Source: Dehalococcoidia bacterium (GTDB lineage Bacteria > Chloroflexota > Dehalococcoidia > Lucifugimonadales > UBA1123). From it: DNA of 32,000 nt. The stretch covers positions 1,798,638-1,830,637 of the forward strand of contig CBDBCD010000002.1 of NCBI GenBank assembly GCA_965202815.1, written 5' to 3'. This document shows positions 24,768 through 32,000 of the stretch, one piece after another. Numbering within the stretch: the stretch's first letter is position 1; each line of letters begins with the position of its first letter. Made by a program: the position numbers and the translations under genes. Below the pieces are notes generated by a model that was not told where the DNA came from, did not search any database, and saw only the letters and a program-made list of their open reading frames with translations.

Positions 24768-25085
24768 CCTCCAATTCTAAGGCCGTCTCGCCTTGTTTCA
24801 ACTTCGACACGTTTCCTACACTCCTTGAAACAGTCCCGGGACGGACTCAAGTCTTGCCTTCGCCTCCTGGGCGGTCTCCCCGGTGAACGGGGCGATGAAC
24901 CCCTCCACATAGAGGTCCGTGAATATCCCGTCCAGTACGGCGAGTTCAGGGAGTTTGTCCGTGTTCACGTCCGGAGGAGTGGGCTGTGAGCGGATGCACC
25001 GTCATACCGCATCCCTCTGTTTACTATTATCCCGTTCCATCAACTTCCCTGGCTGCCGATAGTTGGCGTCCACAGATGGTTCTCT

Positions 25086-25122
25086 CCTGCGTTCAGGCAT
25101 GATTCCCATGCCTGAACGCAGG
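25086..25122. repeat. perfect 16-bp-stem hairpin
   Basis: cctgcgttcaggcatg - attcc - catgcctgaacgcagg. No U-tract on either strand. Confidence 0.7.
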
Positions 25123-25225
25123 CCCTCAAGGAACCCTAAAGCGGAACAGGAGACCAGTCGTGCAGCCTCTACTCGGCGCACCTGCCAATACCCTAGGGCC
25201 CTTCCGCGCGACGTCTGAACGTGCG

Positions 25226-25720
25226 TTACTTGGTGGAGTTACAAACCATAGGTCGCATTCGCATAGTACCAAGGGGATGAGATATATCTGAACTAGGATC
25301 GTCCATGAACTGGAGTTTTCTGATGACGAATATGGCCGCGAGCGGAACGATGACTCCCGTGCCGATTACGGCAATGATGATCCAGGCCATCTCCCAACCG
25401 ACAGTATCTATGAGGTACTTGGTCAGGGGGACGAACACCATAGCGCCTATGGGAACTCCCAGAGACATGAACGCAAGGGCGCGGCCTCTGTTGCGAACGA
25501 ACCACTTGAGCACCGGCACAGAGGTCGCGAGCGCGCCCGGCCCGCTCATGCCGACGAGTCCCATGATCGTAAACAGCAGGACCAGTTGCCATGCGTGACC
25601 AACGTGTGCGAGGCCCATCAGGGCGAGTCCGGTCATCATTGCGGCGACTGGCAGGATCAGCCGTGATCGGAAGCGGTCGAGCAGGGGCCCTATTGCGGGG
25701 CTGGACAGCGCGCCCGCGCC
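25226..25720 (-). pseudogene. MFS transporter fragment (about TM2-TM6 only)
   Basis: GPLLDRFRSR is the MFS loop 2-3 motif, followed by four hydrophobic spans. The N-terminus and the entire C-terminal half are missing. The upstream part of the track ORF overlaps the formamidase gene. Confidence 0.6.
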
Positions 25721-25775
25721 CCGTCTGGCGTTGAATGTCCGGGCGACCTTATGCGAGAAGGGAACACTATGTTCC

Positions 25776-26705
25776 TTATATACGGGGGAGGTAGCGCTTG
25801 GGGAACTTAGCGACGACCGAGTATTGTATGTCCACCATGTTGGCGAGGCGCACACGCGCGACCTGCGAGCAGAGTTGGTATGCCGTAAGGCGCTCGACGC
25901 CGTAAGACGATTCCAACCACATCACCAGTTCGTAGAAGGCGATGCGGGCAGCGTCCTCCATCGGGCGGGCGCTGCCGACGGTCATCAGGAACTCGTCAGA
26001 CTCGACTCGAGGCGTGGCGACATGATGCCCCTTGATGAGATCAACGGTGAGAGTGCCGCGTGTGGGTATCTCGGTGGCAACGCCGCAGACCTCGGCATCG
26101 CCCTGCGCGGCGTGTCCGTCGCCGATGTGCAGCAGACCGCCGGGCACATTGACTGGCAAGTGTATGGTGTTGCCGGGGCAGACATCGGCTGCGTCCATGT
26201 TGCCACCGTGAAAGCCGGGCGCGAGCGAGGAAATCGCTTCGAGTTCCGGCGCGGCGCCGATTGTGCCGTAGAACGGCTCATAGGGAATAGCGGCGATGTC
26301 GAGGTCCTCCGAGAAGATGATTTCGCCGGCCCTGATGGGATGCAGCATGACGCGTGGCGGCAATGGTGGATTGAGCGTGCGTGTGAAGACCGTGCCGCAC
26401 AGGCCTCCGAACTCCGGGATGAGCGCGCTGACGCCGTAATCGCGCGTAACCTCGATGGAGTGGATAGTCACAGAGAGCGTGTCTCCCTTTTCCGCGCCTT
26501 CGACATAGATGGGGCCTGTCAGCGGGTTCACGTATGGCAGCGTGATTATCTGCGTGATGTCGTCGTCCGGCGAGGTAATCCTATTCTCAAATGCGTCCAC
26601 GGTCTCCACGATGAAGGTTTCGCCCGGCGAAACAGTAGCGACGGGCTGCTTGTACGGTCCGATCACATAGGAGAAGTCGCCAGGTTCGTTGATTATGGTC
26701 TGCAC
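25776..26705 (-). CDS. acetamidase/formamidase-family amidohydrolase
   Basis: NPLTGPIYVEGAEKGDTLSV and GGNMD...LHIGDGHAAQGDAEVCG are family motifs. GTG 26705 lies 8 nt after aagggggaa and gives a typical ~309 aa protein. Confidence 0.85.
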   Translation of the reverse strand: MQTIINEPGDFSYVIGPYKQPVATVSPGETFIVETVDAFENRITSPDDDITQIITLPYVNPLTGPIYVEGAEKGDTLSVTIHSIEVTRDYGVSALIPEFGGLCGTVFTRTLNPPLPPRVMLHPIRAGEIIFSEDLDIAAIPYEPFYGTIGAAPELEAISSLAPGFHGGNMDAADVCPGNTIHLPVNVPGGLLHIGDGHAAQGDAEVCGVATEIPTRGTLTVDLIKGHHVATPRVESDEFLMTVGSARPMEDAARIAFYELVMWLESSYGVERLTAYQLCSQVARVRLANMVDIQYSVVAKFPKRYLPRI

Positions 26706-26832
26706 AGAGGATTTCCCCCTTTCTTGAATCGAGCTTAGGATATGCTCTAAATATCCCGTGTTGTATCGCCTCAGCATCAGGATTCGGACGTCCTTGTCGA
26801 GTAGCAGGGCAGCCACCGGGGCAGTGAACACA

Positions 26833-27372
26833 TCAGACGACCCATTCAGAGTTGCTCCTAACCAGATCTTCGTTGGAGCCGGTTATGTATGCGCCTATGT
26901 GGGGGACAAGGAGATGACGGTACTCCTCCACCTGTGCCTCGATGTCGTGACCATCCTTATCCTGTGCCTCAAGCTCGAATATCCGACCAACATCCTCTAC
27001 ATCATCGAGATTGAACTTGATGTTTTCCTTATGCCACAGCTCACGTCGCTTTCGTACCACAGCGCGTATGCCCAGAGCGGCCTCCAGTACCTCAATGGTC
27101 CCAGGATCAGGCAGCGGCCAGAGTTGAAAGTGACTGACCCTTGTGTCCGCCTCCTGGTGGTCCCGGTAGTAGATCAGTTCGCTTCTCTCGCCCTCCGTCC
27201 GGAGCTTGAGCCTCCGAGCGCCCTCTCCCTCTGCAAGTTCTGGCAGGTTGTAATAGCGGTCCACCTGCTCCTTGGTCTCGATGAAGTCCGCGCCTTTATC
27301 CCTCAGGAGCTGGCGCACCGGCCCAAAGTCCGGGCAATATGCCTTAATCTCACGGTTCAGACTCACCTTCAT
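26833..27372 (-). CDS. CYTH-domain protein (class IV adenylate cyclase / triphosphate tunnel family)
   Basis: N-terminal NREIKAY strand, then RRLKLRTEG, IYYRD and KFNLDDVEDVGRIFELE strands in CYTH order. ATG 27372 (RBS gggaga), or 27387. Confidence 0.7.
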   Translation of the reverse strand: MKVSLNREIKAYCPDFGPVRQLLRDKGADFIETKEQVDRYYNLPELAEGEGARRLKLRTEGERSELIYYRDHQEADTRVSHFQLWPLPDPGTIEVLEAALGIRAVVRKRRELWHKENIKFNLDDVEDVGRIFELEAQDKDGHDIEAQVEEYRHLLVPHIGAYITGSNEDLVRSNSEWVV

Positions 27373-27603
27373 CCGATGTTCTCCCATAGCAATTGACCAA
27401 TGTGTCTCAGGCCTGAGCCAGCTTCCTGTATTGGATACTCTCGCCTCGTCAGACACGCAGTATACATCAAGGCCATGAGCGACAAGTAGCGTGGTTCCGA
27501 TCTCCGGGAGAACAGCCACCCTGATCGTTCCTCGGCATGCAATGAGAGACGTTCGCACATGGCTCCGGAACTGTCTCGGTTGGATACGGAAACCACTCAG
27601 CGG

Positions 27604-27647
27604 TTGACAAGTCGTGCCAGTGGGCCTAACATATCGTTAGACGATAT
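27604..27647 (+). promoter_or_regulatory. padR promoter with overlapping palindromic operator
   Basis: TTGACA (27604-27609), 17 nt, TAACAT (27627-27632). Perfect palindrome atatcgt-tag-acgatat at 27631-27647. Confidence 0.5.
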
Positions 27648-27688
27648 AACGAGAACCAATATAAATTGCTTCCAGGAAGGCTCGGACA

Positions 27689-28054
27689 TTGGCGAACCGT
27701 CCCCCCACAGACCTGCTTCCTGTCCCATCTGCACAGTTCCACATCCTGATGGCCCTTGCCACTGGAGACAAACACGGCTACGCGATCATGCAGGAAGTAG
27801 AACTCTTCACAGACGGGACGGTCACCATGGGCCCTGGCACCCTGTATGGCGCCGTGAAGCAGATGCTGGCCTCTGGCCTCATCCAGGAGAGCGACGAACG
27901 CCCCGACCCTGAACTGGACGACCAGCGTCGTCGCTACTACAGGATGACAACTTTGGGTGGGCGCGTGCTCGACGCGGAGGTCGGAAGACTAGAACAACTG
28001 GTACTAACCGCCAGGAGCAGGCGACCGACATCCACAAGGACGCAAGGTACCTAA
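27689..28054 (+). CDS. PadR-family transcriptional regulator
   Basis: FHILMALATGDKHGYAIMQEVELFTDGTVTMGPGTLYGAVKQMLASGLI...RRRYYRMTTLG. TTG start 8 nt after aggaagg. Confidence 0.9.
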   Translation: MANRPPTDLLPVPSAQFHILMALATGDKHGYAIMQEVELFTDGTVTMGPGTLYGAVKQMLASGLIQESDERPDPELDDQRRRYYRMTTLGGRVLDAEVGRLEQLVLTARSRRPTSTRTQGT

Positions 28055-28055
28055 C

Positions 28056-28256
28056 GTGCTATCTGAGAAACTCTACAGAGCACTGCTATTCGCCTACCCA
28101 AGAGAGCACCGTCGCGAGTACGGAGATCTGATGGTCCAGCTGTTTCGAGACCGTATGCGTCGCGATGGTGGTGGCTTAGGAGTTCTCAAAGTCTGGCTGG
28201 CGATGATCGGCGACCTTTTAACATCAGCGTTTAAGGAGCACAGCAACGGAGGAAGC
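28056..28256 (+). pseudogene. N-terminal remnant of a PadR-associated permease-prefix-type protein, reading in frame into purC
   Basis: LYRALLFAYPREHRREYGDLMVQLFRD is typical of proteins encoded next to padR. There is no membrane domain and no stop before the purC start. Confidence 0.5.
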
Positions 28257-28415
28257 ATGACTGCGAGAGCATGGGCCGGTATGGAGAACGCTATTCACAC
28301 CCCAGAAGGCTACACGGACCGGATACGACAAGAGCTCGAAAATTGCCTCACTGAGACGAATCTTTCTCAAGGCGAGAAGTTCATTGGCAAAGCACGGGAT
28401 CGCTACGATCTTGGG
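28257..28415 (+). pseudogene. purC: purC 5' segment, out of frame with the gene body
   Basis: ...CLTETNLSQGEKFIGKARDRYDLG is the conserved N-terminal strand of long-form SAICAR synthase. ATG at 28257 or 28281. The frame breaks at G-run 28413-28415. Confidence 0.65.
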
Positions 28416-28420
28416 ATCGT

Positions 28421-29269
28421 ATGGTACTCATTACCACCGACCGACAGAGTGCCTTCGACAGGGTGCTGGCCGCTATCCCCTTCAAAGGGCAGGCTCTCAA
28501 CATGACGAGTGCATGGTGGTTTGAACAGACCCGCCATATTGTGCCGAATCAGGTTCTTTCCGTCCCCGATCCAAACGTCACAATTGCCAAGAAATGTACC
28601 GTCTTCCCGATTGAGTTCGTGGTGCGTGGATACATCACCGGAAGCACGAACACCTCCCTCTGGACGGTCTATCAGAGTGGTCAGCGTAACTACTGTGGCA
28701 TCGATTTTCCCGACGGCCTGGTGAAGAACCAGAAGCTGCCAACGAATCTCCTCACACCGACCACCAAAGAGGAGGACCACGACTGTCCGATCAGCCCTGA
28801 CGAGATCGTGTCCGAGAACTGGATGACGGCCGATGATTGGGAACGATGCAGCCGAATCGCGCTGGAACTTTTCGAATTCGGTCAAGCCAAGGCAGCCGAG
28901 CGTGGCCTGATTCTCGTAGATACCAAATATGAGATGGGCCGTGACGAGAACGGAGAGATCCTTCTGATCGACGAGATCCACACCTCTGACTCCAGTCGCT
29001 ACTGGATCGCCGACACTTATCAACAGCGCATTCAGGAGGGACAGGAACCCGACAACGTCGACAGAGAATTCCTCCGGCTCTGGTTCACTGAGAACTGCGA
29101 TCCCTACGAGGATGAGGTCCTGCCACCAGCGCCGGACGATCTTGTAACCGAGCTCTCAAGACGCCACATCTACCTTTACGAGAAGATCACCGGTCGCTCA
29201 TTCGAATTTCCAGAGGCGGACCAGCCAATCGAGACACGCTTGGAAAGCAACCTCGAAGGAATACAGTGA
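28421..29269 (+). CDS. purC: phosphoribosylaminoimidazole-succinocarboxamide (SAICAR) synthase, long form, body
   Basis: MVLITTDRQSAFDRVL...VVRGYITGS...LTPTTKEE...LILVDTKYEMG...LIDEIHTSDSSRYW. The first ATG in this frame lacks the N-terminal GKxRDxY strand, which is encoded upstream in another frame. Confidence 0.9.
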   Translation: MVLITTDRQSAFDRVLAAIPFKGQALNMTSAWWFEQTRHIVPNQVLSVPDPNVTIAKKCTVFPIEFVVRGYITGSTNTSLWTVYQSGQRNYCGIDFPDGLVKNQKLPTNLLTPTTKEEDHDCPISPDEIVSENWMTADDWERCSRIALELFEFGQAKAAERGLILVDTKYEMGRDENGEILLIDEIHTSDSSRYWIADTYQQRIQEGQEPDNVDREFLRLWFTENCDPYEDEVLPPAPDDLVTELSRRHIYLYEKITGRSFEFPEADQPIETRLESNLEGIQ

Positions 29270-29937
29270 AGAAATACATTCTCTTTGACCATGATGGGGT
29301 CTTAGTCGAAACAGAGCAGTGGTATTACCTGGCAAACAAACGAGCGCTGGCATCTTTCGGAATTGATCTCCCACGAGACGCATATCTGGCGAATATGGCA
29401 AATGGAGTTTCCGTATGGGAGGCGGCACGAGTTTCAGGAATATCCGAATCCAAAATTGATCGTGGCCGAGAACTAAGAAACCGGTACTATCAGGAATACC
29501 TGATGACCGAAGACATCGAGATCGAGGGTGTTCTGGAAACGCTAGACGTACTCGCAGGTGAGTACAGGATGGGCATAATTACTACCTCCAAACCACCTGA
29601 TTTCGCCCTGATCCACGAAAGGCGATCCATCCTGGATCATATGGAGTTCTATTTGACTCGTGAGGATTACGAGCGAGCTAAACCACATCCCGAACCCTAT
29701 CTGAAAGGACTCCAACGCTTTGGCGCTACTGCCGCTGAAACGGTAGTTATCGAAGACTCGGCCAGAGGGTTGAAGTCGGCAATAGCGGCGGGTATTGACT
29801 GCATCGTGGTTGCAAACGAGTTCACCGCATCTCACGATTTGTCCAAAGCAACTGCCAAGGTCGCTACGTTCAGGGAACTGCCATCTGCTATAAAGGGCTT
29901 GACAAGTTTAGGCAGGAACCAATCCCAGAATCCCTGA
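29266..29937 (+). CDS. HAD-IA family hydrolase (phosphatase/beta-phosphoglucomutase-like)
   Basis: KYILFDHDGVLVETE, IITTS, KPHPEPY and VIEDSARGLKSAIAAG are HAD motifs I-IV. GTG start overlaps the purC stop as GTGA. Confidence 0.85.
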   Translation: MKKYILFDHDGVLVETEQWYYLANKRALASFGIDLPRDAYLANMANGVSVWEAARVSGISESKIDRGRELRNRYYQEYLMTEDIEIEGVLETLDVLAGEYRMGIITTSKPPDFALIHERRSILDHMEFYLTREDYERAKPHPEPYLKGLQRFGATAAETVVIEDSARGLKSAIAAGIDCIVVANEFTASHDLSKATAKVATFRELPSAIKGLTSLGRNQSQNP

Positions 29938-30297
29938 GATAGTGGTCGTGAAGCAGGCGATAGTCAGAAAGGTGATGTAGGCGTCGGGATGTTGCTGAAG
30001 CCAGTCCAGTATCTCGCATCACACTACCGCCATCTCGACTCCGCTCCAGTAGCTGAAACGAGAGATGGAAGTGATTCACGTACAGCCGCATCGCACCGTA
30101 CAGTGTCAACGCCGATGTACATTTGACCCACCCTTGTCCGATCACCCGGTTTCCTTGTTGACTTCAGCCCCCGCATTCAGCAGTTGCTGTGATGTCAGCA
30201 GTCCAGAACGGGAATTGGAGGTCGGGAATGAAAGGATTAGCTACGGAATGCCACTGAAAGAGAAGGAAAAAGGCATATCCGGGAAGCTCGTACTGCA

Positions 30298-30340
30298 TTT
30301 GGAGACCGATGCTCTACCAGCCTGAGCTACGCTCCTGCAA
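30298..30340. repeat. 43-bp direct repeat, copy 2: orphan 5' half of tRNA-Trp
   Basis: Identical to 6495-6537. No matching 3' half follows to its left (ctgca versus cggtt). Confidence 0.95.
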
Positions 30341-30363
30341 TGCCGGCTGATAATGTATTACTC

Positions 30364-30409
30364 ATTGTACTACTTCCGGGCCGCTCTTGTACAACCTTCG
30401 GATGAACTC
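30364..30409 (-). pseudogene. relic of a second tyrosine-recombinase 3' end
   Basis: 41/47 identity with one gap to 6687-6733, which encodes EVHPKVVQERLGHSTIAT in the first integrase fragment. Same order and orientation relative to the tRNA piece. Confidence 0.45.
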
Positions 30410-30477
30410 TGGAGTCGGGCAGCCTGAGCATAGTCGCCGGTCCGGCCAACTCAGAGCCGACAGCGTGAACGCCAGGA

Positions 30478-30508
30478 GGGACGGGCGAAATGCCCGTCCC
30501 CTCTTTGG
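30478..30508 (+). terminator. terminator-like hairpin
   Basis: gggacgggc-gaaat-gcccgtccc (9-bp stem) followed by ctctttgg. Confidence 0.35.
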
Positions 30509-30602
30509 TTCAGGAGCTGTCCCGCTGGCGATTTCTGGCAAAGACTTGCGCTTATGCTATCATCGGAATGTCCGGCAGGCAGACGGAAAAGGGAGTGTGA
30601 CT

Positions 30603-31769
30603 ATGGAATCGAGAATTTCGCTGGCTGAAGACTCAGTCCTTGACCCGGAGATTTCACCCAGGGCAGAAGCGCGAACTACCCGATTGAGCGAGGCGTCTTC
30701 AATCCTGATCACTGGAGCGACCGGATTCCTTGGTTCCTTCTTGCTCGACCAGCTCATTCATGCCACAGGACGGGACACCAGGTTTTACTGCCTCGTACGC
30801 GACCGGAACGCCGGGCAGGGCGAATCTTCCAACCGGGTGATGGAGACCCTTGAGTTTTATGGACTGGACGGCCAGTCCGCCGGTGAGCGGATAATTCCTA
30901 TAACTGGGGACCTTACACATTCGCGGATGGGGCTGGACAGCGATCAGTATCAGGACCTGGCGGAAGAAATTGACCTGATATTCCACTGCGCCGCCTCCGT
31001 CAACTATACATACCCCTACACCGTAGCCAGTCCCCATACCGTCGGAGGCACACTGGAAGCGCTCAGGTTCGCCTGCTCCGCTACGCCAAAGCCGGTCCAG
31101 TACATTTCATCCAACGGAGTCTTCCCGGGAGGAGACGACGCTCCGTATCTGGAGAATGATCGGATAGGCGACTTCGTAGATAGCATGGAAGGAGGCTACA
31201 ACCAGGCCAAATGGGTCGCGGAACGGCTGGTGTGGAGCGCCGTATCTCGCGGACTGCTGGTGTGCATATACAGGCCAGGCAACATAGGCCACCATAGCCT
31301 CGCGGGCACAGTGAATCCCAACGACTTCCTGTCGTTGATAATCAGGGTCTGCGCAAGCTTGGGATGCGCCCCCCTGGCGCCGGACTGGTACTTTGAAATG
31401 ACCCCCGTGAACTTCCTGGTCAATGCCATCGCCAGGATAGCCGACGATCCGAAACACTTTGGCGAGGTATATAACATCGTGCATCAAGACCCGGTTCCGG
31501 CAGACCGGATTTTCGCTCGTATGGAAAGCGAAGGACACGTGACCGAGCGCGTTGCGCTGGAGGACTGGAAGTCGAGATTGCAGGCGGCGGCCGACCCTGG
31601 CGACGACACGGACCTGAATGTCCTGGTCCAATCCCTTGACTCAGTGGAAGGGTATCTGGCCGATACCAGCGTCTATGATATAAGCAAATTCACCAGGGCG
31701 CTTTCGGAAATCGGTCTCACAATGCCATCGGTTGATGAGAACTACGCGACCATGTTCCTGGGAAAATAG
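30603..31769 (+). CDS. thioester reductase-domain (SDR, TIGR01746-like) protein, stand-alone
   Basis: ILITGATGFLGSFLL Rossmann motif, IFHCAASVNY, and the GGYNQAKWVAE YxxxK catalytic motif. ATG 30603 lies 8 nt after aagggag. The track start 30387 adds non-homologous sequence. Confidence 0.85.
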   Translation: MESRISLAEDSVLDPEISPRAEARTTRLSEASSILITGATGFLGSFLLDQLIHATGRDTRFYCLVRDRNAGQGESSNRVMETLEFYGLDGQSAGERIIPITGDLTHSRMGLDSDQYQDLAEEIDLIFHCAASVNYTYPYTVASPHTVGGTLEALRFACSATPKPVQYISSNGVFPGGDDAPYLENDRIGDFVDSMEGGYNQAKWVAERLVWSAVSRGLLVCIYRPGNIGHHSLAGTVNPNDFLSLIIRVCASLGCAPLAPDWYFEMTPVNFLVNAIARIADDPKHFGEVYNIVHQDPVPADRIFARMESEGHVTERVALEDWKSRLQAAADPGDDTDLNVLVQSLDSVEGYLADTSVYDISKFTRALSEIGLTMPSVDENYATMFLGK

Positions 31770-31880
31770 GCGTCAGATTCATTGAAGAGTACGGTCAGCA
31801 GCGCGGACGTATCCGGGATCAATGGTCGAAGGACCGGACGGCTGGCCGAATGCCTCAACGAATAGCGTTGAAATTGGAAG

Positions 31881-32000
31881 TCACCGCACCGTTTCGTCTC
31901 TCAGGTCAACGGCCTTTTCGGCTACCGTCGCGAGCATTCTCCACGCGGTCTCGTGGTGGGTTGTGGCCTCGACGTCGTCGTAGTAGGTGTCGAGCAGGAC
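31881..32000 (-). CDS. 3' end of an unidentified minus-strand gene (continues beyond the window)
   Basis: Open frame from the window edge: VLLDTYYDDVEATTHHETAWRMLATVAEKAVDLRDETVR, stop at 31881-31883. No family recognised. Confidence 0.35.
   Translation of the reverse strand, partial: VLLDTYYDDVEATTHHETAWRMLATVAEKAVDLRDETVR

Larger units (their letters stand above)
6538..30297. mobile_element. putative degraded integrative island bounded by tRNA-Trp 5'-half direct repeats
   Basis: Bracketed by the 43-bp repeats. An integrase relic sits next to the tRNA. Contains IS elements, vapBC, a tRNA cluster and several gene fragments. It also carries housekeeping-like genes, so confidence is moderate. 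Confidence 0.5.

Noticed and set aside
24311-24782. Similar 15-nt motif (cctaagaattggggg / ccttagaattggagg on the minus strand) just upstream of both transposase ORF starts
   Set aside because: Only 13/15 bases match, the two proteins are unrelated, and there are no further copies. That is not enough to call it a shared regulatory element.
25731-26738. 335-aa plus-strand ORF opposite the formamidase gene
   Set aside because: It is a shadow ORF with no recognisable motifs.
28410-28421. Programmed -1 ribosomal frameshift in purC
   Set aside because: There is no slippery heptamer or downstream pseudoknot. A 1-nt loss in a G-run, from mutation or sequencing error, is the simpler explanation.
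29888-30145. 85-aa minus-strand ORF and other short frames in the 29938-30297 spacer
   Set aside because: There is no start context, no motifs and multiple stops in neighbouring frames. This is probably non-coding island-end DNA, possibly with a ~30-codon relic tail at about 29909-30010.
1-32000. CRISPR arrays, rRNA genes, recognisable riboswitches
   Set aside because: I saw no regularly spaced short repeats, no rRNA-like conserved blocks and no riboswitch cores I can recognise. Only the repeats reported above were found.

Overview
GC-rich bacterial chromosomal window. F420/LLM enzymes, a DinB/MDMPI protein and a PspC-linked kinase suggest Chloroflexota or Actinomycetota, but this is inference only. 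Bases 1-6441 look like core genome: the gap 3' end, a DinB/MDMPI protein, a type II haloacid dehalogenase, and a divergent envelope-stress module. That module has a LuxR-type regulator and HisKA_3 kinase on one strand, and PspC, a LiaF/toastrack protein and a second PspC on the other. At 6457-6533 lies an intact minus-strand tRNA-Trp. Its first 39 nt plus 4 flanking bp recur perfectly at 30298-30340. Each copy is followed by the 3' end of a tyrosine-recombinase gene. The 23.8 kb in between therefore looks like a degraded integrative island, possibly one of a tandem pair, that used the 5' half of the tRNA, which is unusual. The interval holds: an integrase relic split by an internally deleted IS5-like element; a lipoprotein metalloprotease; an SMP-30 lactonase; vapBC; a Rieske fusion protein with a large unassigned domain; an aapJQMP-like amino-acid ABC importer with an attached LLM oxidoreductase; a convergent F420-type LLM; an MBL hydrolase; a DinB fragment; five tRNAs including an unusual tRNA-Arg(GCG); an arsR-VOC pair with an intact ISAs1-family IS just upstream; a stretch of gene fragments; formamidase; a CYTH protein; PadR; a frameshifted purC; and a HAD hydrolase. 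Right of the second repeat are a stand-alone thioester-reductase gene and the 3' end of an unknown minus-strand gene. No CRISPR array or rRNA was seen. All family calls rest on motif recognition by eye; no searches were run.
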